Shown here: one piece after another, positions 18,496 through 26,313 of the stretch
How the letters are laid out: each line of letters starts with the position of its first letter
Position numbering within the stretch: position 1 is the stretch's first letter
Origin: Sphingobacteriaceae bacterium
GTDB taxonomy: Bacteria; Bacteroidota; Bacteroidia; B-17B0; Aurantibacillaceae
Assembly (NCBI GenBank): GCA_025360355.1
Contig: JANYCL010000193.1
Location: forward strand, 1 to 26,313
DNA length: 26,313 nt
Reading direction: 5' to 3'
Position numbers and translations under genes: made by a program
The notes under the pieces: generated by a model
What the model saw: only the letters and a program-made list of their open reading frames with translations
What the model was told of the DNA's origin: nothing
Databases searched by the model: none

Positions 18496-19248
18496 ATGCG
18501 TAAACTTTTAATCCTATTCCCGGTTTTTTTACTTTGTTTTTCATCCTGTAAAGTATTCAGGCCAAATTTAATGCTGAAAACAAAGAGGGATTTTGTTTAC
18601 GACAAGTTAAACGACTCTTTATCTAAACTGGATTATAGACTTTCAGCAAACGATCAATTGCAATTTAGAGTTACTACAAATGATGGATATAAGCTTGTTG
18701 ATCTGGCTAACCAAACTAATTTGCAGTACAGAACCGATTATGAAGTTCTTGTAGAAAGTGATGGCCAGATAAAATTACCAATGGTTGGTTATATAAAAGT
18801 AGAAGGATTAACAATTCGTGAAACTGAAATATTATTGGAGGAAAAATATGCAGAATATTATGTTAAACCATTTGCTACCGTTAAAGTAAATAATAAACGC
18901 GTTATCGTTTTCCCTGGTAGCGGTGGATTAGCGAAAGTAATTCCGCTCACTAATAATAATACCACAATTATTGAAGCACTTGCTCTTTCAGGCGGACTTG
19001 CTGATGATGGTAAAGCCTATAAAGTAAAATTAATACGGAATTACCGAAGTGCAAAACCGGAAATTTTTCTTATGGACCTATCTAAAATTGAAGGTTTAGC
19101 TGCGGGTAATGCACGTGTACTCTCTAACGATATTATTTATGTTGAGCAACGTTACAGACTGGCCCGTACATTGGTTACAGAATTAACACCTTTGGTTACA
19201 TTAATTTCCACAACAGTTTTATTATATAGTCTTTTTAGAGTTAAGTAA
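18496..19248 (+). CDS. wza: Wza-like polysaccharide export outer-membrane lipoprotein
   Basis: Lipoprotein signal LLCFSS-C. VESDGQIKLPMVGYIKVEGLTIRE (Poly_export), TIIEALALSGGL (SLBB), LSNDIIYV, and a hydrophobic/amphipathic C-terminal helix. Directly abuts wzc. Confidence 0.9.
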   Translation: MRKLLILFPVFLLCFSSCKVFRPNLMLKTKRDFVYDKLNDSLSKLDYRLSANDQLQFRVTTNDGYKLVDLANQTNLQYRTDYEVLVESDGQIKLPMVGYIKVEGLTIRETEILLEEKYAEYYVKPFATVKVNNKRVIVFPGSGGLAKVIPLTNNNTTIIEALALSGGLADDGKAYKVKLIRNYRSAKPEIFLMDLSKIEGLAAGNARVLSNDIIYVEQRYRLARTLVTELTPLVTLISTTVLLYSLFRVK

Positions 19249-21690
19249 ATGCTAAACGCAAAAGTTGATAGTGATGTAGATCGTTACAAAGAACGGGTCG
19301 AACGCTTTAGTAGCAGTATCGATCTGAGCTTGTTTTTGCACATGTTTTTTAAAAGCAAGTATTTCATTGCTATATTCTTTGTTGTAATATTTACCGGCGC
19401 ATTTCTTTATTTAAGATATGCCCAACCAATTTACGAATCTAAATCAAAATTACAGGTTAATGATAATAATGAGGCGAATAAGATCCTTGAACTAAATCAG
19501 ATCGAAGCCAATAATAATAAAATTGCTGAAGCAATAGAATTGATCCGCTCTAAAACTTTTATTGAAAGAGTAGTTGGTAAACTTGAAATTGAAGCGAGTT
19601 ATTTTATCGAAGGAACATTTAAAAGCAACGAATTATATCTTAATTCCCCTTATAAAGTAAACGTAAAATTAAAAGACGAAAGTTTATTCAACAAGAAATT
19701 TTACATAACATTCTCTCCTGATCTGTCAGGCGGTGAAGTTATTTACCCTTATGGTGCAACAACAAAAACAGTTAAGTTTTTAACTAATTCAAAAATTGCA
19801 GGTCCTGACTTTGACATTTCAGTTTATTTAAATAATGATTTTGAAAAAAGCACGATCGCAGAAGCTGTTAAAACAAACAAATCTTATTTCGTTTTAAGAA
19901 ATATTGATGTTGTTACTTCTGAGTTACAAGGTAAAGTAGATATAAAATTATTAAGCGACCTCGCTAAAACTATTTTAATTACAGTAAGAGATCCGAATGC
20001 AAAAAAATCAAAAGATATTGTAAACACAGTGGTGAATGAATATTTAACCTATGATGTTGAGCGTAAAAGTCAAAGTTCTGAAAAGATCCTTTCTTTTATT
20101 ACCGGTCAGCTGGATATTGTGTTTAAAGATCTGAAAGGTGCCGAAGATAATTTACAAACTTTCAAAAAAGATAAAAAAGTTAACGACAAAGATGTAGTGA
20201 TCAATGCTAACATGATGCGGTATTCAAACCTTGAAGATCAAATGATACATGTTGAGATGGAAGAAAAAATGCTCGACGAAATTCAGCTGAACATTGCGAA
20301 AAATAAGAATATCGATACTTATCAATTGGTTTCTCTTTTGGCAGGATCGGAGGACGAAGGAACCATAAAAGAGGTTATCCAAAGCATTCAAAAATTACTT
20401 ATTGATAAGGAAAATTTATTATATCAGGTTACAACTAAGTCGACCAATATTGATATGATAAATCATCAAATAGATACTCAGAAGCAATTATTGCTAAGAA
20501 GTTTGGATGCGGTTCGCGTAAAATATAAAAACAGATATAAAAATTTATCTGAAAAGGCAGGAGAATACAAGTACGCAAATGATTCCAAGCCGGAAGACGA
20601 AGTTGAACTTGCTCGTTTAATGCGGGTATATTCTATCAGCGAAAAATATTATACAATGTTACTTGAGAAAAAAACAGAGTACTCTATCGCGAAATCAGGG
20701 TTTGTTTCTCAAAACATCATTTTGGAAAGTGCAATGGGCGAAGGAGCATTAGTTTCGCCAAGTAAAAAAAATACTTTAGCAGTTGCATTTGTTTCGTTTG
20801 TTCTCGCAAGTTTATTACTTGTGTTAGGAAGATACTTTGTACATGATAAAATAACTTCACTGAACGAAATTATCCGTCATACCAGTGCCAGTATCAATAC
20901 ACTTGGTATTATTCCGAAGTTTGATAAAAATATTCCTGTATCACAATTAATTGTAGATAAGAACCCGAAGGCACTTATTGCTGAAGCATTCCGGACCATC
21001 CGAACCAATTTACAATTCATTAATAATACAGAAGGACCAAAAGTTATTTCTATTACATCAACTATTTCCGGTGAAGGAAAAACATTCGTAGCTATTAATA
21101 TTGCGGGTATCCTTGCTTTTAGCGGAAAGAAAGTAATTATCATTGACCTTGATATGCGTAAGCCTAAGATCCACCGTGGGTTTGAAGTTAGCAATGATAA
21201 AGGAATGAGTACAATTTTAACCAACATTACAACTGTTGATGAATGTCTTCATGATAGTTCAATGCAGTATCTTAAATTTATTACAGCAGGTCCAATTCCG
21301 CCGAATCCTTCTGAATTGATCATGAGTCCGAAATTATTAGAAGTAGTTCAATATCTTAAAACAAAATTTGATTATGTGGTTATCGATAATCCTCCTGTTG
21401 GTTTAGTAACAGATGGTTTATTAACGCTGCGTCATGCTGATTATCCTATTTACGTTTTCCGTGCTGAATATTCAAGAAAAAATTTCGCGCAGATCATTGA
21501 TAGATTAAGAAATGAGAATAGCATACAACATTTATCAATTGTATTAAATGGTGTTGATATTAAGAAAAGTAATTATGGTTATAACTACGGTTATGGTTAT
21601 GGTTACGGATATGGTTATGGATACGGTTCCGGTTATTATGCGGACGAAGGAGATCTAAAGAAAAAAAACAAAAACAGATTTAAAGGCTAA
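19249..21690 (+). CDS. wzc: Wzc-like polysaccharide co-polymerase / BY-kinase
   Basis: Two TM helices flank a large periplasmic coiled-coil region. AEAFRTIRTNL, Walker A STISGEGKT, Walker A' IDLDMRKP, Walker B VVIDNPP, and a C-terminal tyrosine cluster. Confidence 0.93.
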   Translation: MLNAKVDSDVDRYKERVERFSSSIDLSLFLHMFFKSKYFIAIFFVVIFTGAFLYLRYAQPIYESKSKLQVNDNNEANKILELNQIEANNNKIAEAIELIRSKTFIERVVGKLEIEASYFIEGTFKSNELYLNSPYKVNVKLKDESLFNKKFYITFSPDLSGGEVIYPYGATTKTVKFLTNSKIAGPDFDISVYLNNDFEKSTIAEAVKTNKSYFVLRNIDVVTSELQGKVDIKLLSDLAKTILITVRDPNAKKSKDIVNTVVNEYLTYDVERKSQSSEKILSFITGQLDIVFKDLKGAEDNLQTFKKDKKVNDKDVVINANMMRYSNLEDQMIHVEMEEKMLDEIQLNIAKNKNIDTYQLVSLLAGSEDEGTIKEVIQSIQKLLIDKENLLYQVTTKSTNIDMINHQIDTQKQLLLRSLDAVRVKYKNRYKNLSEKAGEYKYANDSKPEDEVELARLMRVYSISEKYYTMLLEKKTEYSIAKSGFVSQNIILESAMGEGALVSPSKKNTLAVAFVSFVLASLLLVLGRYFVHDKITSLNEIIRHTSASINTLGIIPKFDKNIPVSQLIVDKNPKALIAEAFRTIRTNLQFINNTEGPKVISITSTISGEGKTFVAINIAGILAFSGKKVIIIDLDMRKPKIHRGFEVSNDKGMSTILTNITTVDECLHDSSMQYLKFITAGPIPPNPSELIMSPKLLEVVQYLKTKFDYVVIDNPPVGLVTDGLLTLRHADYPIYVFRAEYSRKNFAQIIDRLRNENSIQHLSIVLNGVDIKKSNYGYNYGYGYGYGYGYGYGSGYYADEGDLKKKNKNRFKG
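21574..21639 (+). repeat. Gly-Tyr repeat: Wzc C-terminal autophosphorylation cluster (11 Tyr)
   Basis: Encodes YGYNYGYGYGYGYGYGYGSGYY with mixed codons (ggt/gga, tat/tac). Confidence 0.9.
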
Positions 21691-22232
21691 TGGAACTCGT
21701 TAATACCGGTATAGAAGGTTTATGGGTTATTAAACCTAAAGTTTTTGCCGACGCGCGCGGTTATTTTTTCGAAAGCTATAATAAAGAGTTGTTTACCAAA
21801 AACGGTTTGAATTTAATTTTTGTGCAGGATAATCAATCACTGTCCCACAAAGGTGTATTACGCGGCTTGCATTTTCAAAATCCACCTTATGCTCAGGGTA
21901 AATTAGTACGCGTTATTACCGGTGCAGTGTTCGATGTAGCAGTTGATATCCGTAAAAATTCACCGACCTACGGAAAATATTTTGGTGCGGAGTTAACAGA
22001 AGAAAACAAAACTATGATGTACATTCCTGAAGGTTTTGCACATGGTTTTTTAACCTTGCGAGATAACACCATTTTCTCTTACAAATGCACTAATCTTTAC
22101 AATAAAGCTTCTGAAGATAGTATAAAATGGAACGACGCAACCATTGGTGTAAAATGGAATATAGACGATCCTTTACTTTCTGAAAAAGATATTAGTGGAA
22201 AAGATTTTAAAGCCTATAACAGCTTGTTCTAA
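21690..22232 (+). CDS. rmlC: dTDP-4-dehydrorhamnose 3,5-epimerase
   Basis: VFADARGYFFESYN, QDNQSLS...RGLHFQ, QGKLVRV...FDVAVDIRKNSPTYGK, GFAHGF, and YKC motifs. The start overlaps the wzc stop (TAATG). Confidence 0.95.
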   Translation: MELVNTGIEGLWVIKPKVFADARGYFFESYNKELFTKNGLNLIFVQDNQSLSHKGVLRGLHFQNPPYAQGKLVRVITGAVFDVAVDIRKNSPTYGKYFGAELTEENKTMMYIPEGFAHGFLTLRDNTIFSYKCTNLYNKASEDSIKWNDATIGVKWNIDDPLLSEKDISGKDFKAYNSLF

Positions 22233-23305
22233 TGCCGAATTTTCTAGAAAATACGCCGCTGCTATTAATAGTATTCTTTTTTATCTGTTTTATATTTTCA
22301 GTTCTTATAAATAATATTCTTTTAAAATTTGCGCAGACTTTAGGAATGCGTGGCAAGCAAGCTGACCAGGTCCGCTGGAATCCAAACATCAAACCATCTT
22401 TAGGAGGTATTTCTTTTTTCGTAGTATTCTTGTTGTCATACATCTTCATTAATTTAGTTCAAACACTCGATACAGCTTACCGCATTCGTTTAACGGGAAT
22501 ACTTGCAGTATGTACAATGGCTTTTTTAATGGGATTAGCCGACGACGCTTTTAATACACAGCCGCTTTTAAAATTCTTAACTCAAATAACCTGCGCATTG
22601 ATCTTGTTATTTACAGGAACCTACATAAAAATATTTGAGAACGACCTGTTTAATTATTTACTTACCATTCTTTGGATCGTCGGCATTATGAATTCAATTA
22701 ACATGCTCGACAACATGGATGCGATCACTACTATTACTTCCATTGCGGCCTGTGTGTTTTTTATTTTAGTGAATGCTTCTTTAAAGCAAATGCTGCACCC
22801 GTTCTCCATACTTTCCATTGGTGTTTTGGCCTCTTTAGCCGGATTTTTAATTTATAACTTTCATCCATCAAAAATGTTCATGGGTGATACGGGAAGTCAG
22901 TTCTTAGGAATATTCATGGGTTCTGTCGCGATTCATTTTTGCTGGAATAGTTTCCCGCAGAATTTAATTGATACAAACGAACAGCTCTATCATTTTGCAA
23001 TTGTTGGTTTAGTGTTCTTATTGCCATTAGTAGATACAGCCACAGTTGTAATTAACCGTTTATTGAAAGGGAATTCACCTTTTATCGGAGGTAAGGATCA
23101 CACTACTCATCACTTGTTCTTTAAAGGTGTAACCGAAAAAAGTATAGCCATTTTGTATTTTATTATCTCTCTTGTAGCTGTATTTTTAGCTTATAACCTT
23201 GTTTTAACATATTCTAATACTCTTTTCTGGATAAGTATTTCCTACATTATTCTTGTATTCTTAGCTTTGTATATAAATACAAAAATTAAGAAAGTTGCTA
23301 AATAA
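22232..23305 (+). CDS. MraY/WecA-family polyprenyl-phosphate HexNAc-1-phosphate transferase (WecA/TagO-like)
   Basis: Polytopic membrane protein with PSLGG, GLADD, NSINMLDNMD, NFHPSKMFMGDTGS and DHTTHHL motifs. The start overlaps the rmlC stop. Confidence 0.88.
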   Translation: MPNFLENTPLLLIVFFFICFIFSVLINNILLKFAQTLGMRGKQADQVRWNPNIKPSLGGISFFVVFLLSYIFINLVQTLDTAYRIRLTGILAVCTMAFLMGLADDAFNTQPLLKFLTQITCALILLFTGTYIKIFENDLFNYLLTILWIVGIMNSINMLDNMDAITTITSIAACVFFILVNASLKQMLHPFSILSIGVLASLAGFLIYNFHPSKMFMGDTGSQFLGIFMGSVAIHFCWNSFPQNLIDTNEQLYHFAIVGLVFLLPLVDTATVVINRLLKGNSPFIGGKDHTTHHLFFKGVTEKSIAILYFIISLVAVFLAYNLVLTYSNTLFWISISYIILVFLALYINTKIKKVAK

Positions 23306-23321
23306 ATTCTCACAAACAATT

Positions 23322-24515
23322 ATGAATTTTCTTCGTCAGAATTATTGGCGGATAACGGTTTCGTTTGTAGTTATTTGTTTGCTTCAATTTGCTTTTATTT
23401 ATTTCAAAAAGATCTCCGACGATAATTATCCATCGTACCGCGATAATAATTTCAGTGTTTTTGGATTGAACATTCCCCGGAATCTTTCTTTTTGTGAAGA
23501 GAAAATTCCGACTAACGATTATGCTTTGAAAGATAATCTTGAAAAAGAATTTTTCATGAATAAAGAATGGAAGAGCAATGCAGGATATTTATTTTCCAAA
23601 GCACAAAAATGGTTTCCATACATTGAGCCTATATTAAAAAAAGAAGGAGTTCCCGACGATTTTAAATACGTGGCCGTAATCGAAAGTCATTTATCAAATG
23701 CTATTTCTCCAATGGGAGCCGCAGGTTTTTGGCAATTGGTACCATCAACAGCAACGCATTATGGCTTAGTTGTGAATGAGAATGTGGATGAACGACTCGA
23801 TGTAGAAAAATCAACACGTGTAGCTTGCAAATTAATTAAATACGCATATAGCATTTTTAAGAACTGGACCTTAACCGCTGCGGCTTACAATTTAGGAGTA
23901 GGCGGACTGCAAAATGCCCTCGCTAAACAAAACACCAATAGTTATTACGATCTGTTGCTCAATCGCGAAACAGGAAGTTTTATTTATAGAATTCTCGCTT
24001 ACAAAACTCTTTTTTCGAATCCTGAAAACCTCGGATTAAAAAAGAAAACCCTTAATTATTATTCAAAAGTTCCTGTTAAAATAATCACAGTAGATTCTTC
24101 AATTACTGATCTTAACCATTTCGCTAAAACCGTTAACTGTAATATTGCATTACTTAAACTGTTTAATCCCTGGTTATTGGGCGATAAGTTAAATAATCCT
24201 GATAAACATATCTTTGAGTTTAAAATTCCTAAAAAAACCAATGCCGATTACTCGTATTACTATGCCGATCTGATGAAACGCGTAAAAACCGATTCTAACA
24301 TAACTCAATTGGCGATAAACGATTCGCTTTTAGTGGGAGAAGAAAATGTTATTAATCATGTAATAAATGAAAAAGAAAGTTTGAAGGATATTGCCGAATT
24401 TTACGAGATAAATGAAGCTGATTTGAAAGAATGGAATCAGATTGTAGATTCCATCGGAATTAAACCCGGACAAATGCTGATCATAAAATTGAAAAGAAAT
24501 AAAATTGGAAACTAA
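23322..24515 (+). CDS. MltD-like lytic transglycosylase (SLT domain) with N-terminal membrane anchor and C-terminal LysM domain
   Basis: GVPDDFKYVAVIES (catalytic Glu), GAAGFWQL, VDERLDVEKST, AAAYNLG, LNPW-like FNPW, and LysM-like HVINEKESLKDIAEFYEI...LKEWN...IKPGQMLII. ATG 23322 is preferred over the track's TTG at 23295. Confidence 0.88.
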   Translation: MNFLRQNYWRITVSFVVICLLQFAFIYFKKISDDNYPSYRDNNFSVFGLNIPRNLSFCEEKIPTNDYALKDNLEKEFFMNKEWKSNAGYLFSKAQKWFPYIEPILKKEGVPDDFKYVAVIESHLSNAISPMGAAGFWQLVPSTATHYGLVVNENVDERLDVEKSTRVACKLIKYAYSIFKNWTLTAAAYNLGVGGLQNALAKQNTNSYYDLLLNRETGSFIYRILAYKTLFSNPENLGLKKKTLNYYSKVPVKIITVDSSITDLNHFAKTVNCNIALLKLFNPWLLGDKLNNPDKHIFEFKIPKKTNADYSYYYADLMKRVKTDSNITQLAINDSLLVGEENVINHVINEKESLKDIAEFYEINEADLKEWNQIVDSIGIKPGQMLIIKLKRNKIGN

Positions 24516-26313
24516 ATTAAAGGAAGAAGGATCGTACACAGCAGTTGCTGAAGAAGTAATTGAGATCATTGGCGCGCGCGAACACAACCTAAAAAATATT
24601 TCATTAACCATTCCGCGTAACCAATTAGTCGTGATTACAGGCTTAAGCGGAAGTGGAAAATCATCTTTGGCTTTTGATACAATTTATGCCGAAGGACAAC
24701 GTCGTTACATTGAAAGTTTTTCTTCTTATGCGCGACAGTTCTTAGGAAGTTTAGAAAGACCGGATGTAGATAAAATTTCAGGATTAAGTCCTGTTATTTC
24801 CATTGAACAAAAAACGGTGAATAAAAACCCACGCTCAACCGTTGGAACAATTACTGAGATCTATGATTTCCTCCGTTTATTATTTGCACGAGCATCTGAT
24901 GCTTTCTCTTATGAAACAGGAGAAAAAATGGTGCGCTATAGTGATGAACAAATTGTTGATCTCATTCTGCAAAAATATAAGAATCAGAAAATAAATATTC
25001 TTGCTCCCGTTGTAAAAGGACGGAAAGGACATTATCGCGAATTGTTTGAAGAGGTTCGTAAAAAAGGCTTTGCAAAGATCCGTATCGATGGAGAGATAAA
25101 AGATATCGCACCAAAAATGCAAGTGGATCGTTACAAAATTCACGATATAGAAATTGTTGTCGACAGAATTGAAATTAATGCAGCTGCAAAAACCCGTTTG
25201 ATTCAATCTTTGCAAACAGCAATGAAACATGGTAAAGGAACCATAATGGTTTCTGAACATATCGAAACGGCGAGTCTTAAAAGAGCAGGAAAAAATCCTC
25301 TCCCAAAAGGAGAGGACGTCCGCCTTGGGCGGAAGGGTGAGGCTAAAGCTGTTTTCTTTTCGCGTTTGTTGATGTGTCCGACAACAGGAATTTCTTATGA
25401 TGAACCTGCTCCAAATTTATTTTCATTCAACTCGCCTTATGGTGCTTGTCCGAAATGTAACGGGCTAGGACAAATTTCTGAAATTGATATTAAGAAAATA
25501 GTTCCCAATCCAAAGCTAAGTATTAAAAAAGGAGCAATTGCTCCAATAGGTGAAGCAAAAGGTTCCTGGATATTTACACAACTTGCTGCCATTGGTAAAT
25601 TACATGATTTTGATCTGGATACACCGTTTGATGAATTAAATGATGAAGCTGTAAATACAATTTTATTCGGAAGTGATGAACTCATTAAAATAAAATCAGA
25701 TGCAAACACTGCGGGTTATACGATAACATTTGAAGGTATTGCGACATTCATCATTAAACAAGCTGAAGATAATCCTTCTCCGGCGGCTCATCGTTGGGTT
25801 CAGGGTTTTACCAATAAGATTGATTGTCCGCAATGTCATGGTACACGTTTGAAAAAAGAAGCGTTGTATTTTAAAATTGATGACAAGAATATTGCGCAAT
25901 TATCCGAAATGGATATCAGTATTTTGGATGAATGGTTTACGGGAATTGAAAAGCGTTTAGGTAAACATCAAAATATCATAGCGAAAGAAGTTTTAAAAGA
26001 GATCCGCGCACGTATTGGTTTTTTATTGGAAGTTGGTTTGGATTATGTAACTCTTAACCGCTCGTCTCGTTCTTTAAGTGGAGGCGAAGCTCAGCGTATT
26101 CGTCTGGCAACCCAAATTGGTTCGCAATTGGTTGGTGTTTTATATATTTTGGATGAACCGAGTATTGGTTTGCATCAGCGCGATAACATGCGTTTAATTG
26201 AAGCACTCAAAAATTTGCGCGACGTAGGCAACTCAGTTATTGTTGTTGAGCACGATAAAGAAATGATCGTTGAGAGTGATTATGTTATTGATATTGGTCC
26301 GGGCGCGGGTGTG
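24505..26313 (+). CDS. uvrA: Excinuclease ABC subunit A, 5' part (3' truncated by window)
   Basis: Open frame +1 from TTG 24505 (in-frame TGA upstream at 24490) to the window end, 603 codons. GAREHNLKNI, Walker A GLSGSGKSSLAFDTIYAEGQRRY, NPRSTVGT, FSFNSPYGACPKCNGLG, CPQCHG, LSGGEAQRIRLATQIG, LDEPSIGLHQRD, VVEHD, DIGPGAG. Confidence 0.97.
   Translation, partial: METKLKEEGSYTAVAEEVIEIIGAREHNLKNISLTIPRNQLVVITGLSGSGKSSLAFDTIYAEGQRRYIESFSSYARQFLGSLERPDVDKISGLSPVISIEQKTVNKNPRSTVGTITEIYDFLRLLFARASDAFSYETGEKMVRYSDEQIVDLILQKYKNQKINILAPVVKGRKGHYRELFEEVRKKGFAKIRIDGEIKDIAPKMQVDRYKIHDIEIVVDRIEINAAAKTRLIQSLQTAMKHGKGTIMVSEHIETASLKRAGKNPLPKGEDVRLGRKGEAKAVFFSRLLMCPTTGISYDEPAPNLFSFNSPYGACPKCNGLGQISEIDIKKIVPNPKLSIKKGAIAPIGEAKGSWIFTQLAAIGKLHDFDLDTPFDELNDEAVNTILFGSDELIKIKSDANTAGYTITFEGIATFIIKQAEDNPSPAAHRWVQGFTNKIDCPQCHGTRLKKEALYFKIDDKNIAQLSEMDISILDEWFTGIEKRLGKHQNIIAKEVLKEIRARIGFLLEVGLDYVTLNRSSRSLSGGEAQRIRLATQIGSQLVGVLYILDEPSIGLHQRDNMRLIEALKNLRDVGNSVIVVEHDKEMIVESDYVIDIGPGAGV
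25296..25342 (+). repeat. GC-rich double-hairpin palindromic element (BoxC/REP-like) inside uvrA
   Basis: TCCTCTCC-caaaa-GGAGAGGA (8-bp stem), then TCCGCC-ttg-GGCGGA (6-bp stem), then AGGGTGAGG. 30 of 47 nt are G/C. Only one copy in this window, so 'repeat' is inferred from resemblance to known element families. Confidence 0.65.

Noticed and set aside
24886-25389. UvrA lacks the ligands of its first zinc site (RASDAFSYETG and MCPTTG in place of CxxH and CxxC)
   Set aside because: From recollection this loss is usual in Bacteroidota UvrA. The second site (CPKC, CPQC) is intact, so it is not evidence of decay or novelty.
2565-25899. Short alternative-frame and antisense ORFs in the track (e.g. 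2565-2798, 6137-6469, 9724-10017, 13799-14386, 20877-21227, 24880-25260, 25437-25709)
   Set aside because: All overlap well-supported genes, lack recognisable motifs, and read like shadow translations of biased codon usage. Those at 24880-25899 are antisense to uvrA, which the track missed.

Overview
AT-rich (roughly one-third GC by eye), gene-dense chromosomal window from a Bacteroidota bacterium; the lineage is inferred from the type IX secretion system (T9SS) genes, the TonB-dependent receptor and a TAnnTTTG promoter motif. Left edge: 3' end of a SpoIIE/PP2C phosphatase gene and a convergent DUF58 gene. From 1240 to the right edge, 14 genes run on the + strand. (i) T9SS surface module: two paralogous giant adhesin-like proteins (IgGFc-binding-like head, 4 or 5 Cys-bracketed ~90-aa repeats, 3 PKD domains, type B sorting domain), each followed by its own PorP/SprF-family barrel, then one PorE-like TPR/PD40/OmpA protein and a small type A cargo. 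(ii) A TonB-dependent receptor and a 7TM-HD (PgpH-like) phosphodiesterase. (iii) A tightly packed wza-wzc-rmlC-wecA-like-mltD-like-uvrA run with no glycosyltransferase, flippase or polymerase gene. uvrA (24505 to the window end) is missing from the ORF track. The most distinctive sequence-level signal is a 47-nt, 64% GC double-hairpin element (BoxC/REP-like) lying in frame inside uvrA, within an apparent ~25-aa insertion. No rRNA, tRNA, CRISPR array, transposase or integrase was recognised. All calls come from reading motifs by eye; no database searches were run.
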